64,000 bases of DNA, from NCBI GenBank assembly GCA_024763535.1, contig JANTFH010000005.1, forward strand, positions 4,612 to 68,611. The letters are read 5' to 3'. The stretch is from Thermodesulfobacteriota bacterium. Lineage in GTDB: Bacteria > Desulfobacterota > Anaeroferrophillalia > Anaeroferrophillales > Tharpellaceae. The number at the start of each line of letters is the position of its first letter. Within the stretch, counting starts at the first letter, position 1. This document shows, in pieces, positions 30,951 to 40,347 of this stretch. Below the pieces are notes generated by a model, which did not search any database, was not told the DNA's origin, and was given only the letters and a program-made list of their open reading frames with translations. The position numbers and the translations under genes were made by a program.

Positions 30951-31715
30951 ATGGAGGTTTTATTCAAGGTGCGCAAAATTGCCTGTCAGAATTTTAAGGG
31001 CGGTACCGGTAAGACAACAACCGTTATCTCTCTGGCCCATTGCCTGGCGGTTGCCGGCAGGAAGGTGCTGGTCGTCGATCTTGATGCTCAGGGGAATATT
31101 GCCGAGAGTTTCGGCCTGGAGAACGATAATTCCCTTTACGACCTTCTGGTCGACGGTAAGCCTCTGGCTGATTGCCTGGTTGAGGTGCGTGAGAATCTTT
31201 ACTGTCTGCCTTCGGATCGGACGGTTGCGGCCTGTGAGACCGTTCTCGTAACCCGGCCGCGTCGGGAAGAGGCCTTAAAAAGAGCTCTGGCTGACATTGA
31301 TCAGGTGATTCCCGACATCAGTGTGGTTCTGCTCGACTGCTCCCCCTCACTTTCGATCCTGAGCCAGAATGCCCTGGTGTTTGTCGATGAACTGCTTTTG
31401 CCGGTGAGTATGGACTATCTGGCCATGGTCGGGGCCGGTCAGGTTTTTGAAAATTTGCAGATGATTGAAGAGTATTTTGAGAAAGAGGTTAAGGTCTGCG
31501 GTATTCTGCCTACCTTTTTTGATAAGCGGGTTAATGTCAGCAAAGATGTTTTGGCGGCCCTTAATGAGCGTTATGGTGATCTGGTGCTGCCGCCGGTACG
31601 AATTGATACCAAGATCCAGCAGGCATCCAGCCGCCAACAGACTATAGTTGAGTTCGGAGGTAAATCCCGGGCTCGTGAAGATTATCAGAATGTTTATAAG
31701 GAGTTGTTTGGATGA
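30951..31715 (+). CDS. Orphan ParA/Soj-family ATPase
   Basis: Deviant Walker A NFKGGTGKTTT, VDLDAQGN, LDCSPSL, ILPTFFDKR. No parB nearby. Confidence 0.9.
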   Translation: MEVLFKVRKIACQNFKGGTGKTTTVISLAHCLAVAGRKVLVVDLDAQGNIAESFGLENDNSLYDLLVDGKPLADCLVEVRENLYCLPSDRTVAACETVLVTRPRREEALKRALADIDQVIPDISVVLLDCSPSLSILSQNALVFVDELLLPVSMDYLAMVGAGQVFENLQMIEEYFEKEVKVCGILPTFFDKRVNVSKDVLAALNERYGDLVLPPVRIDTKIQQASSRQQTIVEFGGKSRAREDYQNVYKELFG

Positions 31716-32707
31716 CAACTAAAAAAGAGAAAAAGGGTGTAAAAAAGGCCAAATCAGCAAAAAGTGGCAGCCGGCCGACCAAAACGGTAAAACCGTCAGG
31801 TACCGGGGCTGTACGCGAGAAGATGGTTGCCAAAACTGCAAAAGTGAGTGAAGTCGATAAGGAGAAAATGGCCGCTTTTTTCAGTGCCGCAGGGTTGAAG
31901 GATGTGAACCCTGAAGTGAAACCGGATGCGGGAACTCCAGCCCGGACAGCCGCTCCGCTGCCGGACGCCAAAGTTGTGGCGGAAACGAAACCGGAAACCC
32001 CGGTTCAGGAAACCGAAAAGCCGGTTGTCAAGACCCCGGAGCCCGAGGTCGCAGTAGCAAAACCGCAGCCGGAGAAAGATATCTTGGAACCCGAAACCGA
32101 AAACCTGAAGGCAGAAAAAGGCGAAATTGAAATGACCCCCAATAAAACCGTAAGCAGCAATACAAAAGAGTCTAAATCAGGCAGTTTCAGCACGTTGCCT
32201 ATGTTTGTTATCCTCCTCTGCCTGGCGGCCTTCTGGTTCTATTATATCTCGGCTGCTCCACAGCCGGAAACGGCTGCCGTCCAGGTTAAAAAGAGCCAGA
32301 CAAAAATTCAGTCGCTGGAGGCTCAAGTCAAAGTTTTACAGGCAAAAGTGGCGGCCCTGCAGGCGAGTCTGGCGGCTCTGCAGAAACCGGCAGCTGAGGT
32401 TAAAGTTAAAGAATCCGCCGCTAAGCCTGCGGTGAAGGATTCATCCTTTGATAAAGCTCCGATTCCCTTCTGGCGGACGATGCATCGCAACCACACTGAA
32501 CAGTTGCAGAAAGCGTCGCCGAAACCGGTGCTTAAAGCGGCCCCGGTGAAATCCGAGAAGGTCGATTCCTTCAGTAAAGCTCCGGTTCCGTTCTGGCGTA
32601 AAGCCCCGGCTGATAAAAATGGAGTTAAAGTTGAGAAGGACTTGGCCGCAGACAAGAACCATGACTCCTCATTTGACAAGGCTCCGATTCCATTTTGGGA
32701 AAAATAG
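31712..32707 (+). CDS. Hypothetical single-pass membrane protein with coiled coil and three D(S)SFxKAP(I/V)PFW repeats
   Basis: ATGA overlap with the ParA stop. Lys-rich N-terminus, Pro/Glu-rich linker, TM helix, coiled coil, three repeats, then a terminator. Confidence 0.8.
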   Translation: MTTKKEKKGVKKAKSAKSGSRPTKTVKPSGTGAVREKMVAKTAKVSEVDKEKMAAFFSAAGLKDVNPEVKPDAGTPARTAAPLPDAKVVAETKPETPVQETEKPVVKTPEPEVAVAKPQPEKDILEPETENLKAEKGEIEMTPNKTVSSNTKESKSGSFSTLPMFVILLCLAAFWFYYISAAPQPETAAVQVKKSQTKIQSLEAQVKVLQAKVAALQASLAALQKPAAEVKVKESAAKPAVKDSSFDKAPIPFWRTMHRNHTEQLQKASPKPVLKAAPVKSEKVDSFSKAPVPFWRKAPADKNGVKVEKDLAADKNHDSSFDKAPIPFWEK

Positions 32708-32734
32708 AAAAGAGAACTGTTGCAGGGTAAAAAC

Positions 32735-32771
32735 AAAAAAGCAACGGCTGCAATCGGCCGTTGCTTTTTTT
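32735..32771. terminator. Bidirectional rho-independent terminator
   Basis: AAAAAAGCAACGGC / GCCGTTGCTTTTTT inverted repeat. Confidence 0.9.
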
Positions 32772-33040
32772 ATGGGTAATTTATAAGTGCTACCAGGTTA
32801 TAGCATTGCCTGCCCTAAAACTAGAGATTAAGGGTTGTTTTCTGTAACGTCTCGCGTAATTTCGTTGTTTTTCCCAGCGAATGGAGCGGCGGAAATTGCG
32901 ATTGTTTGAGTGAGGCACGAACGAGTTTAGCGATTTCAGCGTAATAAGCGCTGGAAAAACAGAAATGGAGCGTAAGAAGTGAAAGGAAATAACTCTTAAG
33001 CTCGGGTCGCAGGCTCTCTAAACCGGACGCCATTGATAAT

Positions 33041-33880
33041 TTATTGAAAAAAAGTGAGCAGTTTATGGCGCAGGGGTAAGCTTTTTTCGAGGTTGAAGTT
33101 TATCTGATTAATCCCGGCGAGGGGTGCCAGGCGCATCAGCGAACTGGTGAGAAAGGCTCCGTCGCACAGTTTCAGGTCGTTTACGAAAAGCGGGGTCTCC
33201 TGACACGTGATTCCAGCCTGTTGGGCCCTTTGGAGAATCAGGGCCCGGGTGGTTCCGGGCAGAATGCCGGCGTCAAGAGGCGGGGTCTGCAGATCATTGC
33301 CGCGGATGAGAAAGATATTGGAAAAGGTTCCTTCGCAGAGTTCTTCATTCTGATTAAGAAAAATTCCTTCATCAAAACCCGCGCTTCTGGCATCATTGAG
33401 CCCGTAGCGATTTTCCAGATAATTTAGACTTTTTATTTTGAGCAGGGGGTTTGCGCGGTTTCGTCGCCAGGGTAAAATCAGGGCCTGCATTCCCCGCTGC
33501 CGTTTTTCGATCTCATCAAGCTTGAGCGCAGTGGTTCTGATGATCAGAGACGTCGATGTCATGGCTGAAATCGCTCGGCCGGGGTCGGTCGGACTGCAGA
33601 TCAATTTTATGACGGCACTTTTGTCTAAAAGCTGATTGTTGTGTAAAAGATCCGCTATGATCGTTGTGATTCGGTCGAACTCGTCAGGGATTTTCAGATT
33701 AAGTTGTCTGAGGCCGGAGCGCATCCGTTCAAGGTGCTCCGGCAGCCCGAAGGGTGAGCCGTTATCCGCCCGGATGGTTTCAAACAGGCCTTCGCCGAAG
33801 AGAAACCCAGAATTAAAGGGCGAGATTACGGCCTCGTTTTCGGGGATGAGCGCTCCGTTTATGTAGATCACTGATCTCAT
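33041..33880 (-). CDS. Class IV PLP aminotransferase (PabC/IlvE-like)
   Basis: GFLFGEGLFETIR, HLERM, KSLNYL, EGTFSNIF, GILPGTTR. ATG 33880 overlaps the recQ stop (ATGA). Confidence 0.88.
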   Translation of the reverse strand: MRSVIYINGALIPENEAVISPFNSGFLFGEGLFETIRADNGSPFGLPEHLERMRSGLRQLNLKIPDEFDRITTIIADLLHNNQLLDKSAVIKLICSPTDPGRAISAMTSTSLIIRTTALKLDEIEKRQRGMQALILPWRRNRANPLLKIKSLNYLENRYGLNDARSAGFDEGIFLNQNEELCEGTFSNIFLIRGNDLQTPPLDAGILPGTTRALILQRAQQAGITCQETPLFVNDLKLCDGAFLTSSLMRLAPLAGINQINFNLEKSLPLRHKLLTFFQ

Positions 33881-35781
33881 CTTTGGCCTGCCTCCTTCCG
33901 GCGGCTGTTGGTATTTACGGCTGCGGTTGTTGCGGAGATCGCACAATTTTCATTAAGCTGATGTTCCTTACAGAACTGTTTGATCCGGCGGGTAAAGATC
34001 TCGCCGAAATCCTTAAGTTTCATCTCCCCGACTCCTTTGACCAGGCTGAAGGTTTCGGGGTCTGTCGGTCTCCGGCGGGCCATATCATTAAGTGCCGCAT
34101 CACTGAAGATCAGATAGGGCGGGACTTTGCGGGCGCCGGCCAGTTCATAGCGCAATTTTCGCAGATCTGAAAACAGGGCCGACTCCGCTTCGTTTAAGTT
34201 GTCTTCTCCCTGAGCCGGGGTCTTGATTTGTAAATCAGACTTGATGCGGGTCAGGGTCGGGGTCATTTTACCCTGTAAAAGTCTGCGCCCGTCCGGAGTG
34301 AGTTGCAGAATCTGGTATTCTGCGGTCCGGGTCAGAAAATCCTGACTGATAAGCTGCTCGAGCCAGGTTTTGATCTGGGTAAGACTATCTTTTTTCAGGA
34401 TTCCCCAGGTTGAGAGGCGGTCGTGCTGGTTGGCAAGTATCCGTTGATCTTTTGAACCTTTAAGCACCTGGGCGCTGTAGTTGAGCCCGAAATTTTCACC
34501 CTGCCGCAGAATGCTGGAGAGAATCTTCTGTCCGCAGATTAAGGGATCCTCCACGGCAACCATCTCATTCAGGCAGATATCGCAGTGGTTACAGGGGCCG
34601 TCATCCAGTCTCTGCCCGAAGTAGCTGACCAGGGTCTTATGGCGGCAATTTATGCCGTGGGCATAGCTGGTCATGGCTTTCAGGGAACGGGCCGCCCCGG
34701 TAAAACCTTCCGGGTGAGTTCCGTTCTGGTTCTCATTCAGGGTCTGGTACCAGCGTTTGAGATCGGCATTGTTGTGATAGAGCAGGCATTCGGCAGGTAG
34801 CCCGTCACGTCCGGCCCGACCGCTCTCCTGCTGGTAGTTTTCCAGAGCCTTGGGCATACCGCTATGGATAACGAAACGGATATTCGATTTATCGACGCCC
34901 ATGCCGAAAGCGACGGTGGCAACCATGATTCCGGATTCATGATTGATGAAGGCCTCCTGACTCTTTTTGCGTTCAGCATCGGCCATGCCGGCATGATAGG
35001 GCCAGACAGCCAGCCCCTTTTCCCGCAGACGGTCCGTGATCCTCTCCACCTCGCGGCGGCTTTGACAGTAGATGATGCCCGATTCCTGCTGGTGGTGTTC
35101 TAAAGCCTCCGTAATCTGATCAAAATGACGGGCGCTCTTGCGCTTGACCTTATAAATTAAATTGGGGCGGTCGAAAGAGCCGACCAGAAAGGCCGGATCT
35201 TTAAGCCCCAGCTGGATGGCAATATCCTGCTGGACTTCAGGGGTTGCCGTAGCTGTGTAGGCGTGAATTGAGACCTTGGGAAAGTGGCGGTGCAGATCTT
35301 TCAACTGGCGGTAATCCGGGCGGAAATCGTGCCCCCATTGACTGATGCAGTGAGCCTCATCAATGGCTATAAAACTTATATCCAGGGATTTCAGGAATCT
35401 TAAACTGCTCTCCTGAGCCAGTTTCTCCGGGGAGAGATAGAGCAGGTTCAGGCGCTTTTCTCTGAGTTGTTTTGTAACCTGGAGTTTTTCCTCGGTCGTC
35501 ATGGAGCTGTTGATAGTGGCCGCAGTCACCCCGTTTAAGTTGAGACTGTCGACCTGATCTTTCATCAGCGCGATCAGAGGTGAGACCACCAGGGCCAGGC
35601 GCTTGTGGACCAGGGCGGGGATTTGAAAGCAGGCCGATTTGCCGCCGCCGGTGGGCAGTACCAGCAGTGAATCCCGGCCCTCAAGAACCAGACCAATTGC
35701 CTCTTTCTGCAAAGGGAGGAAATTACTGTGCCCCCAGTACTGTTTCAGGACCGTTGCCGGGGTTGGGTGCGGGTTTGTCAT
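33877..35781 (-). CDS. recQ: ATP-dependent DNA helicase RecQ
   Basis: LPTGGGKSACFQ, DEAHCISQWGHDFRPDY, ATVAFGMGVDK, QESGRAGRDG, RQC Cys cluster and HRDC domain. Confidence 0.96.
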   Translation of the reverse strand: MTNPHPTPATVLKQYWGHSNFLPLQKEAIGLVLEGRDSLLVLPTGGGKSACFQIPALVHKRLALVVSPLIALMKDQVDSLNLNGVTAATINSSMTTEEKLQVTKQLREKRLNLLYLSPEKLAQESSLRFLKSLDISFIAIDEAHCISQWGHDFRPDYRQLKDLHRHFPKVSIHAYTATATPEVQQDIAIQLGLKDPAFLVGSFDRPNLIYKVKRKSARHFDQITEALEHHQQESGIIYCQSRREVERITDRLREKGLAVWPYHAGMADAERKKSQEAFINHESGIMVATVAFGMGVDKSNIRFVIHSGMPKALENYQQESGRAGRDGLPAECLLYHNNADLKRWYQTLNENQNGTHPEGFTGAARSLKAMTSYAHGINCRHKTLVSYFGQRLDDGPCNHCDICLNEMVAVEDPLICGQKILSSILRQGENFGLNYSAQVLKGSKDQRILANQHDRLSTWGILKKDSLTQIKTWLEQLISQDFLTRTAEYQILQLTPDGRRLLQGKMTPTLTRIKSDLQIKTPAQGEDNLNEAESALFSDLRKLRYELAGARKVPPYLIFSDAALNDMARRRPTDPETFSLVKGVGEMKLKDFGEIFTRRIKQFCKEHQLNENCAISATTAAVNTNSRRKEAGQR

Positions 35782-35795
35782 GGTTTGAGGCCGGG

Positions 35796-38093
35796 CTAAG
35801 TCATGGGCAGAAAAATTGAGAAGGTCGAGCCCTGATTGATAACGCTTTGGACTTCGATGCTGCCGTTGTTGGCATCTATCAGCGTATGCACGATCGAAAG
35901 CCCTAAACCGCTGCCTTTATTCGGACCCCGGGTGGTAAAGAAGGGGTCGAAAATGGTTGGTAGATGTTCCGGACTTATGCCGCAGCCGCTATCTTTTATA
36001 TCAATTTTTATCCGCTTCTGTTCCGTTATGGAGGTGGCATTGATCGTGATTATGCCGCCTTCCGGCATGGCCATCTGAGCGTTGATCAGGAGGTTGACGA
36101 ATATCTGATCAAGTTGTTGCGGGTCTACCAAAAGGTTTGGGAGATTCTCCGGAATGTTGAGGTTGAAAGTGATGTTGGCAAAACCCTGACGGTGGTTGAC
36201 GGCCTCAACCGATTGTTCCACCACACTTTGCAGAGTGACCGATTTTGTCTGGGCTTTCTGCGGCCGGCCGTAAGCCAGCAGGTCTCTGGTGATACGGGAA
36301 ATTTTGTCGACTTTGCCGAGCATGCTGTTGTAACGTTTCAGATTGGTCTCGTCGGTCTTACCGTTCCTTTCCGCTTTGGCTCTTAAAATCTGCAGTTGAC
36401 CGGAGATTACAGTCAGGGGATTGTTGATCTCATGGGCGGCTCCGGCGGCCAGACGGCCGACCGTTGCCAGGCGATGGGAGAGCAGCAGGTCGTGATACAT
36501 CGCTTCACTCTGCCGGTTCAGCTCGGTGATCGATTCAGCCTGGCCCGAGAGCTGTTCGCTCATCTGGTAGCGTTCGATCAGTTCACTTATGCCGTCGGCA
36601 AAACGGGCCAGAGCTTCCAGCAGGATAGTTCTGCCGACACCGCAGCGCTCCAGCTGCTGGCAATCGATAAAAAGCTGTCCGTGAATTACCGGGTTGATGG
36701 TCAGCTGTTTACCGCCGATGGGAACGATAAGAATGGAAGGATACTCCTTTAAGGGAGTAATCCGGCTGTTACGCAGCAAAGCCTCAGGTTTTTTCAGGAG
36801 CAGGCGTTTCAGTACAGTTAAGACTCCGGCCCGGCTGGGAATGGTGTCGGCTTTTCCCAGGAGCGGTAGATCCTGCAGTAGATCCTGGTCGGAAAAGGTT
36901 TTCCCTACGAAACGTCCCAGCCAGCAGGCTGAACCGGTTTCGGTCGGCCCCAGGCCGCAGCAGGCAAAACCCATCCGGCTCCGGCTCAGTTCCAGAGTCT
37001 GGGTGATGATCTCATTGATCAGATTACTTCTTTTGGGTCGGGTTGCGATTCTCTGATTTAAGGCGGCCAGACCCTCCAGCAGACGGTTTTTCAGTTCCAG
37101 TTCGGCCAGCGTCTTCTCCCGCTCGAGATTGAGCCGCCCCAGTTCCCGATTGGCTTTGTGAATCGCCGCAAAATAGAGCTCATTGTCGACCGTGTGCAGG
37201 CAGTTGCCGAATTCATGGAGACGATTGTCAACGGTGTGGTAGATGTCGACCAGATCGTCAGGATCAATGCGGAAAAAAATTCTTAATGATTCAACCGTAC
37301 GGGCATACGGGGTTGAAGTTGAGTAGTCAAGTTCATGGTTGACAAAATAGCTCGAACCCAGATTGTAAAGGTTGCAGATGGCATCGGCCAGGCGAATCAG
37401 GAGCGGCAGGGAGGGAACTTCCTGCCGGGGTTCCACCGGGGGTTGATGGTGGAGCCAGACCGCCTCGATTATCGGTTCGGGGAAATTCCAGGCTTCGGTT
37501 ACCCATTTACCGATCAGATGGTGCGGCGCTCCGAGAATCTCTTTCTCCAGTTCCAGCTGCGGCCACTGGGGCTGATCGTCGGGATTGAAACCTTTAAGCC
37601 GGGAGATAAATTGCTTGTATTCCTTTTCCAGGCGGTGATAAGCTATGAGTTTACCGACATCATGCAACAGACCGGCGACGAAGGCCTCTTCCGGCTTCGG
37701 ATAGTTCAGCTTGCGGGCCAGGGCTTCGCTGGTGTAGGCACAGGCGACGCAGTGCTGCCAGAAAGCGGCCATCTCCTGTTCCCGTTTTTTTCCGGCATGG
37801 GTGAAGGTGTCAAAGATGGTTACACTTAGAGCCAGGTTGCGAACCTGATTTTTCCCCAGCAGGGAGATGGCGTGGCTGAGATCCTTGACTTCGGTGCTCA
37901 GGGCAAAGGTCGGGGAGTTGATCAGGGTCAGTATACGGGCCGAGAGCACCGGATCCTGCCTGATGAGATCGGCCATTTGGTGGAAGTCGGCGAGATCGTC
38001 AAAACAGGTATTGATAACTTGACTGGCAAGTGATGGTAACGGAGGAATGTCTTCAAGGTTGCCGAGTCGTTCGATAATATCGTCGTTCTGCAA
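35796..38093 (-). CDS. HDOD-domain sensor histidine kinase
   Basis: IPPLP..DPVLSARIL..FWQHC..AGLLHDVGK (HDOD), AAHEINNPL (H-box), NLLINA, DSGCGI, IFDPFFTT, GSGLGLS. Confidence 0.92.
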   Translation of the reverse strand: MQNDDIIERLGNLEDIPPLPSLASQVINTCFDDLADFHQMADLIRQDPVLSARILTLINSPTFALSTEVKDLSHAISLLGKNQVRNLALSVTIFDTFTHAGKKREQEMAAFWQHCVACAYTSEALARKLNYPKPEEAFVAGLLHDVGKLIAYHRLEKEYKQFISRLKGFNPDDQPQWPQLELEKEILGAPHHLIGKWVTEAWNFPEPIIEAVWLHHQPPVEPRQEVPSLPLLIRLADAICNLYNLGSSYFVNHELDYSTSTPYARTVESLRIFFRIDPDDLVDIYHTVDNRLHEFGNCLHTVDNELYFAAIHKANRELGRLNLEREKTLAELELKNRLLEGLAALNQRIATRPKRSNLINEIITQTLELSRSRMGFACCGLGPTETGSACWLGRFVGKTFSDQDLLQDLPLLGKADTIPSRAGVLTVLKRLLLKKPEALLRNSRITPLKEYPSILIVPIGGKQLTINPVIHGQLFIDCQQLERCGVGRTILLEALARFADGISELIERYQMSEQLSGQAESITELNRQSEAMYHDLLLSHRLATVGRLAAGAAHEINNPLTVISGQLQILRAKAERNGKTDETNLKRYNSMLGKVDKISRITRDLLAYGRPQKAQTKSVTLQSVVEQSVEAVNHRQGFANITFNLNIPENLPNLLVDPQQLDQIFVNLLINAQMAMPEGGIITINATSITEQKRIKIDIKDSGCGISPEHLPTIFDPFFTTRGPNKGSGLGLSIVHTLIDANNGSIEVQSVINQGSTFSIFLPMT

Positions 38094-38390
38094 GGTCTGA
38101 AAAATCTCTCAAAATAGTGGTTTGCGGCGCTGTCGGAATTCTTAAAACTGCCTCATTAAACGCTGTTATAGCAATTTAATTGAATAATATCAAGCTTATT
38201 GTAGTATGCTACTTCCGGTTGAGTCGCGGCCAGCCTGCGAGCTAGGCCAAAACTCATTTCTGCAAGGCAACGGAAGCCACTCGGTTTGCCCCTTGATAGA
38301 TTGTGCCAGAGTGTGTTAATAGAGCTGAATGTATTGGCAGTACTCAGTTTAACTGAGCTGGATTAGGTTTTGAGAAAGAGCTTGCAGATA

Positions 38391-39488
38391 ATGAAAGATT
38401 GTAACGATGAAATGATTGCCGATCTCGGACAGCGTCTGCTGACGGCATTAAACGGTAGCTCCCGTTTGGTGATCCTGACCCATAACAATCCGGATCCGGA
38501 CGCTTTTGCTTCCGCCTGCGGCCTGGCGGCGGTGATCGGTTTGCTTGATCCTGAGTGTCGGGTTCAGATTGCCTACGGTGGGATTGTCGGCCGTTCCGAG
38601 AATCGGACGATGATGCGTTTTCTGCCCTATAAGGCAGTGCCGTTTGGCCGAATTCGCGGCCGGGACGGGGTTGTCTATGCTCTGGTAGATACGCAGCCTA
38701 ATGCCGGCAATAATGTGTTGCCCAAGGATAAAATCCCGGCAATTGTTATCGATCATCATCCCCGCAAGCGTACTACCCGTACTCTTCTGCACGAGACTCC
38801 TTTTGTCGATATTCGCACCGGCTATGGTTCCTGTACCACCATCGTAACTGAGTACATGCAGTGTCTCAAGGTGCCGATTTCATCGTCTCTGGCGACCGCT
38901 CTGGTTTATGGTATCATCTCAGAAACCCAGCATCTGGGCCGGGATGCAAGCCTTCAGGATCGTAAGGTTTATAATGAGCTGGTGCCTCTGGTTAATATGC
39001 GGCGGCTCTCTCAGATTGAATTCAGCCGCCGGCCCCGGGAGCATTTCATTCATACCCGGGCAGCTGTGGATAATGCTTTTTACTATCGCCAGATAATCGG
39101 GTCACGTCTTGGACCGATTAAGAACCCCGATGTTGTGGCCGAGGTTGCAGATTTCCTGTTGCTGCACGAACGTATGAGCTGGTCGATAGTTACGGCTTTT
39201 TACAAGGGGAAACTGATTATCTCACTCAGGGCAGCCGGTCATCGGGCCCGGGCTGGAAATGTGGTGCGGGAGTTGTTGGAGAGAAATGGCGGCACGGCCG
39301 GCGGCCACAACCAGGTGGCCGGCGGTCAGCTTGACTGCCAGGGTATGAGTGTTAAGGAGATCGCCAAGCTTGATTTAAGTCTGATTATCGATTTCATTCG
39401 TCAGGTGACCGGAGTTGAGAACGTGAAAATGATTAAACCACTGGTTTCAGACAAGCTTAAGGATCCCTGGGTTGACAATGGCGAGTGA
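38391..39488 (+). CDS. DHH-family phosphoesterase
   Basis: THNNPDPDA, LVDTQP, VIDHH, AGGHNQVAGG. Start uncertain (38370, 38391 or 38412). Confidence 0.88.
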   Translation: MKDCNDEMIADLGQRLLTALNGSSRLVILTHNNPDPDAFASACGLAAVIGLLDPECRVQIAYGGIVGRSENRTMMRFLPYKAVPFGRIRGRDGVVYALVDTQPNAGNNVLPKDKIPAIVIDHHPRKRTTRTLLHETPFVDIRTGYGSCTTIVTEYMQCLKVPISSSLATALVYGIISETQHLGRDASLQDRKVYNELVPLVNMRRLSQIEFSRRPREHFIHTRAAVDNAFYYRQIIGSRLGPIKNPDVVAEVADFLLLHERMSWSIVTAFYKGKLIISLRAAGHRARAGNVVRELLERNGGTAGGHNQVAGGQLDCQGMSVKEIAKLDLSLIIDFIRQVTGVENVKMIKPLVSDKLKDPWVDNGE

Positions 39489-40347
39489 ATTTCCGTCGGC
39501 AGAGGGTCTGGCGGTTACAAGCTTTATTCTGGAGGGGCAGTCCTGCTCCGTCTTTACTTCTGAACAAGATATAAATTCTACCGGAGGCCGGTTTCTCTGG
39601 CCTGAAATAGTGGCCGATTTGCGGCTTGGCAGGGGACTTGACCAACGCTCGGCGGAAGCGGGTCGGGGTGGGATTTTCTGTTTCTCCGACTATCGCTCAT
39701 CTAAGCCGATAGTGGTGCGCCAATATCGGCACGGCGGCTGGTGGCGTTTCTTCACCGGGGCCCGATTTTTCACACCGGCTCGTTTCCTGGCGGAACTGAA
39801 GATTCACAATCATGTCGCGCGGCTGGGTGTGCCGGTGCCGGAAGCGGTGGCCGTGATTGTTGTCGGAAAAGAGAAAAAAACGATTTTTGTCGGTGGTTAT
39901 TTTGTGACGTTGAAACTGCCGGACAGTTTGACTCTGCCGGAATTCCTGGAGTCGGCCGACAGCCTTACTCGTCTGCGGCTTTTTTTCAAGATTGGTTCTT
40001 ATCTGAAAAAACTGCATGAACACGGTATCTTCTATACCGATATGCACGTTAAAAATATCCTGGTCAGTGCCGCCGGTGAACCCTGGTTTATCGATTTTGA
40101 CAAAGCCGGAGAGTTTGCGGCACCGCTTACGTTTCGTTCCCGACTGGCGAATCTCAAGCGTTTCCGGCGTTCACTGGAAAAGTATTCTCATAGGGGCGGT
40201 CGTCTGACTGAATCCGACTGGAGTGCCTTTCTTATGGCCTATGCTCCAGAGACCCGAATGTACGCTGCTCTTTACCGGAAACTTGGTCGCGGCCGCATCC
40301 GGCGTAGGTTTTTTTATCGTCTGGGTTGGCTGATCAACCGAAGTTAA
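39478..40347 (+). CDS. Kdo kinase-like lipopolysaccharide kinase (KdkA/InaA family)
   Basis: AGRGG, VVRQYRHGG, LHEHGIFYTDMHVKNIL, IDFDKA, ANLKRFRRSLEK. Adjacent to lipid A genes. Confidence 0.82.
   Translation: MASEFPSAEGLAVTSFILEGQSCSVFTSEQDINSTGGRFLWPEIVADLRLGRGLDQRSAEAGRGGIFCFSDYRSSKPIVVRQYRHGGWWRFFTGARFFTPARFLAELKIHNHVARLGVPVPEAVAVIVVGKEKKTIFVGGYFVTLKLPDSLTLPEFLESADSLTRLRLFFKIGSYLKKLHEHGIFYTDMHVKNILVSAAGEPWFIDFDKAGEFAAPLTFRSRLANLKRFRRSLEKYSHRGGRLTESDWSAFLMAYAPETRMYAALYRKLGRGRIRRRFFYRLGWLINRS

Noticed and set aside
32821-33033. 70-aa minus-strand ORF after the aminotransferase gene
   Set aside because: No clear RBS or recognisable motif. It cannot be supported without homologs.
38212-38300. 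c-di-GMP-I/GEMM riboswitch (GGCAAACC..GGCCTA on the minus strand)
   Set aside because: Lacks the GNRA loop and the GACGCAAAGC core. Kept only as an unassigned structure.
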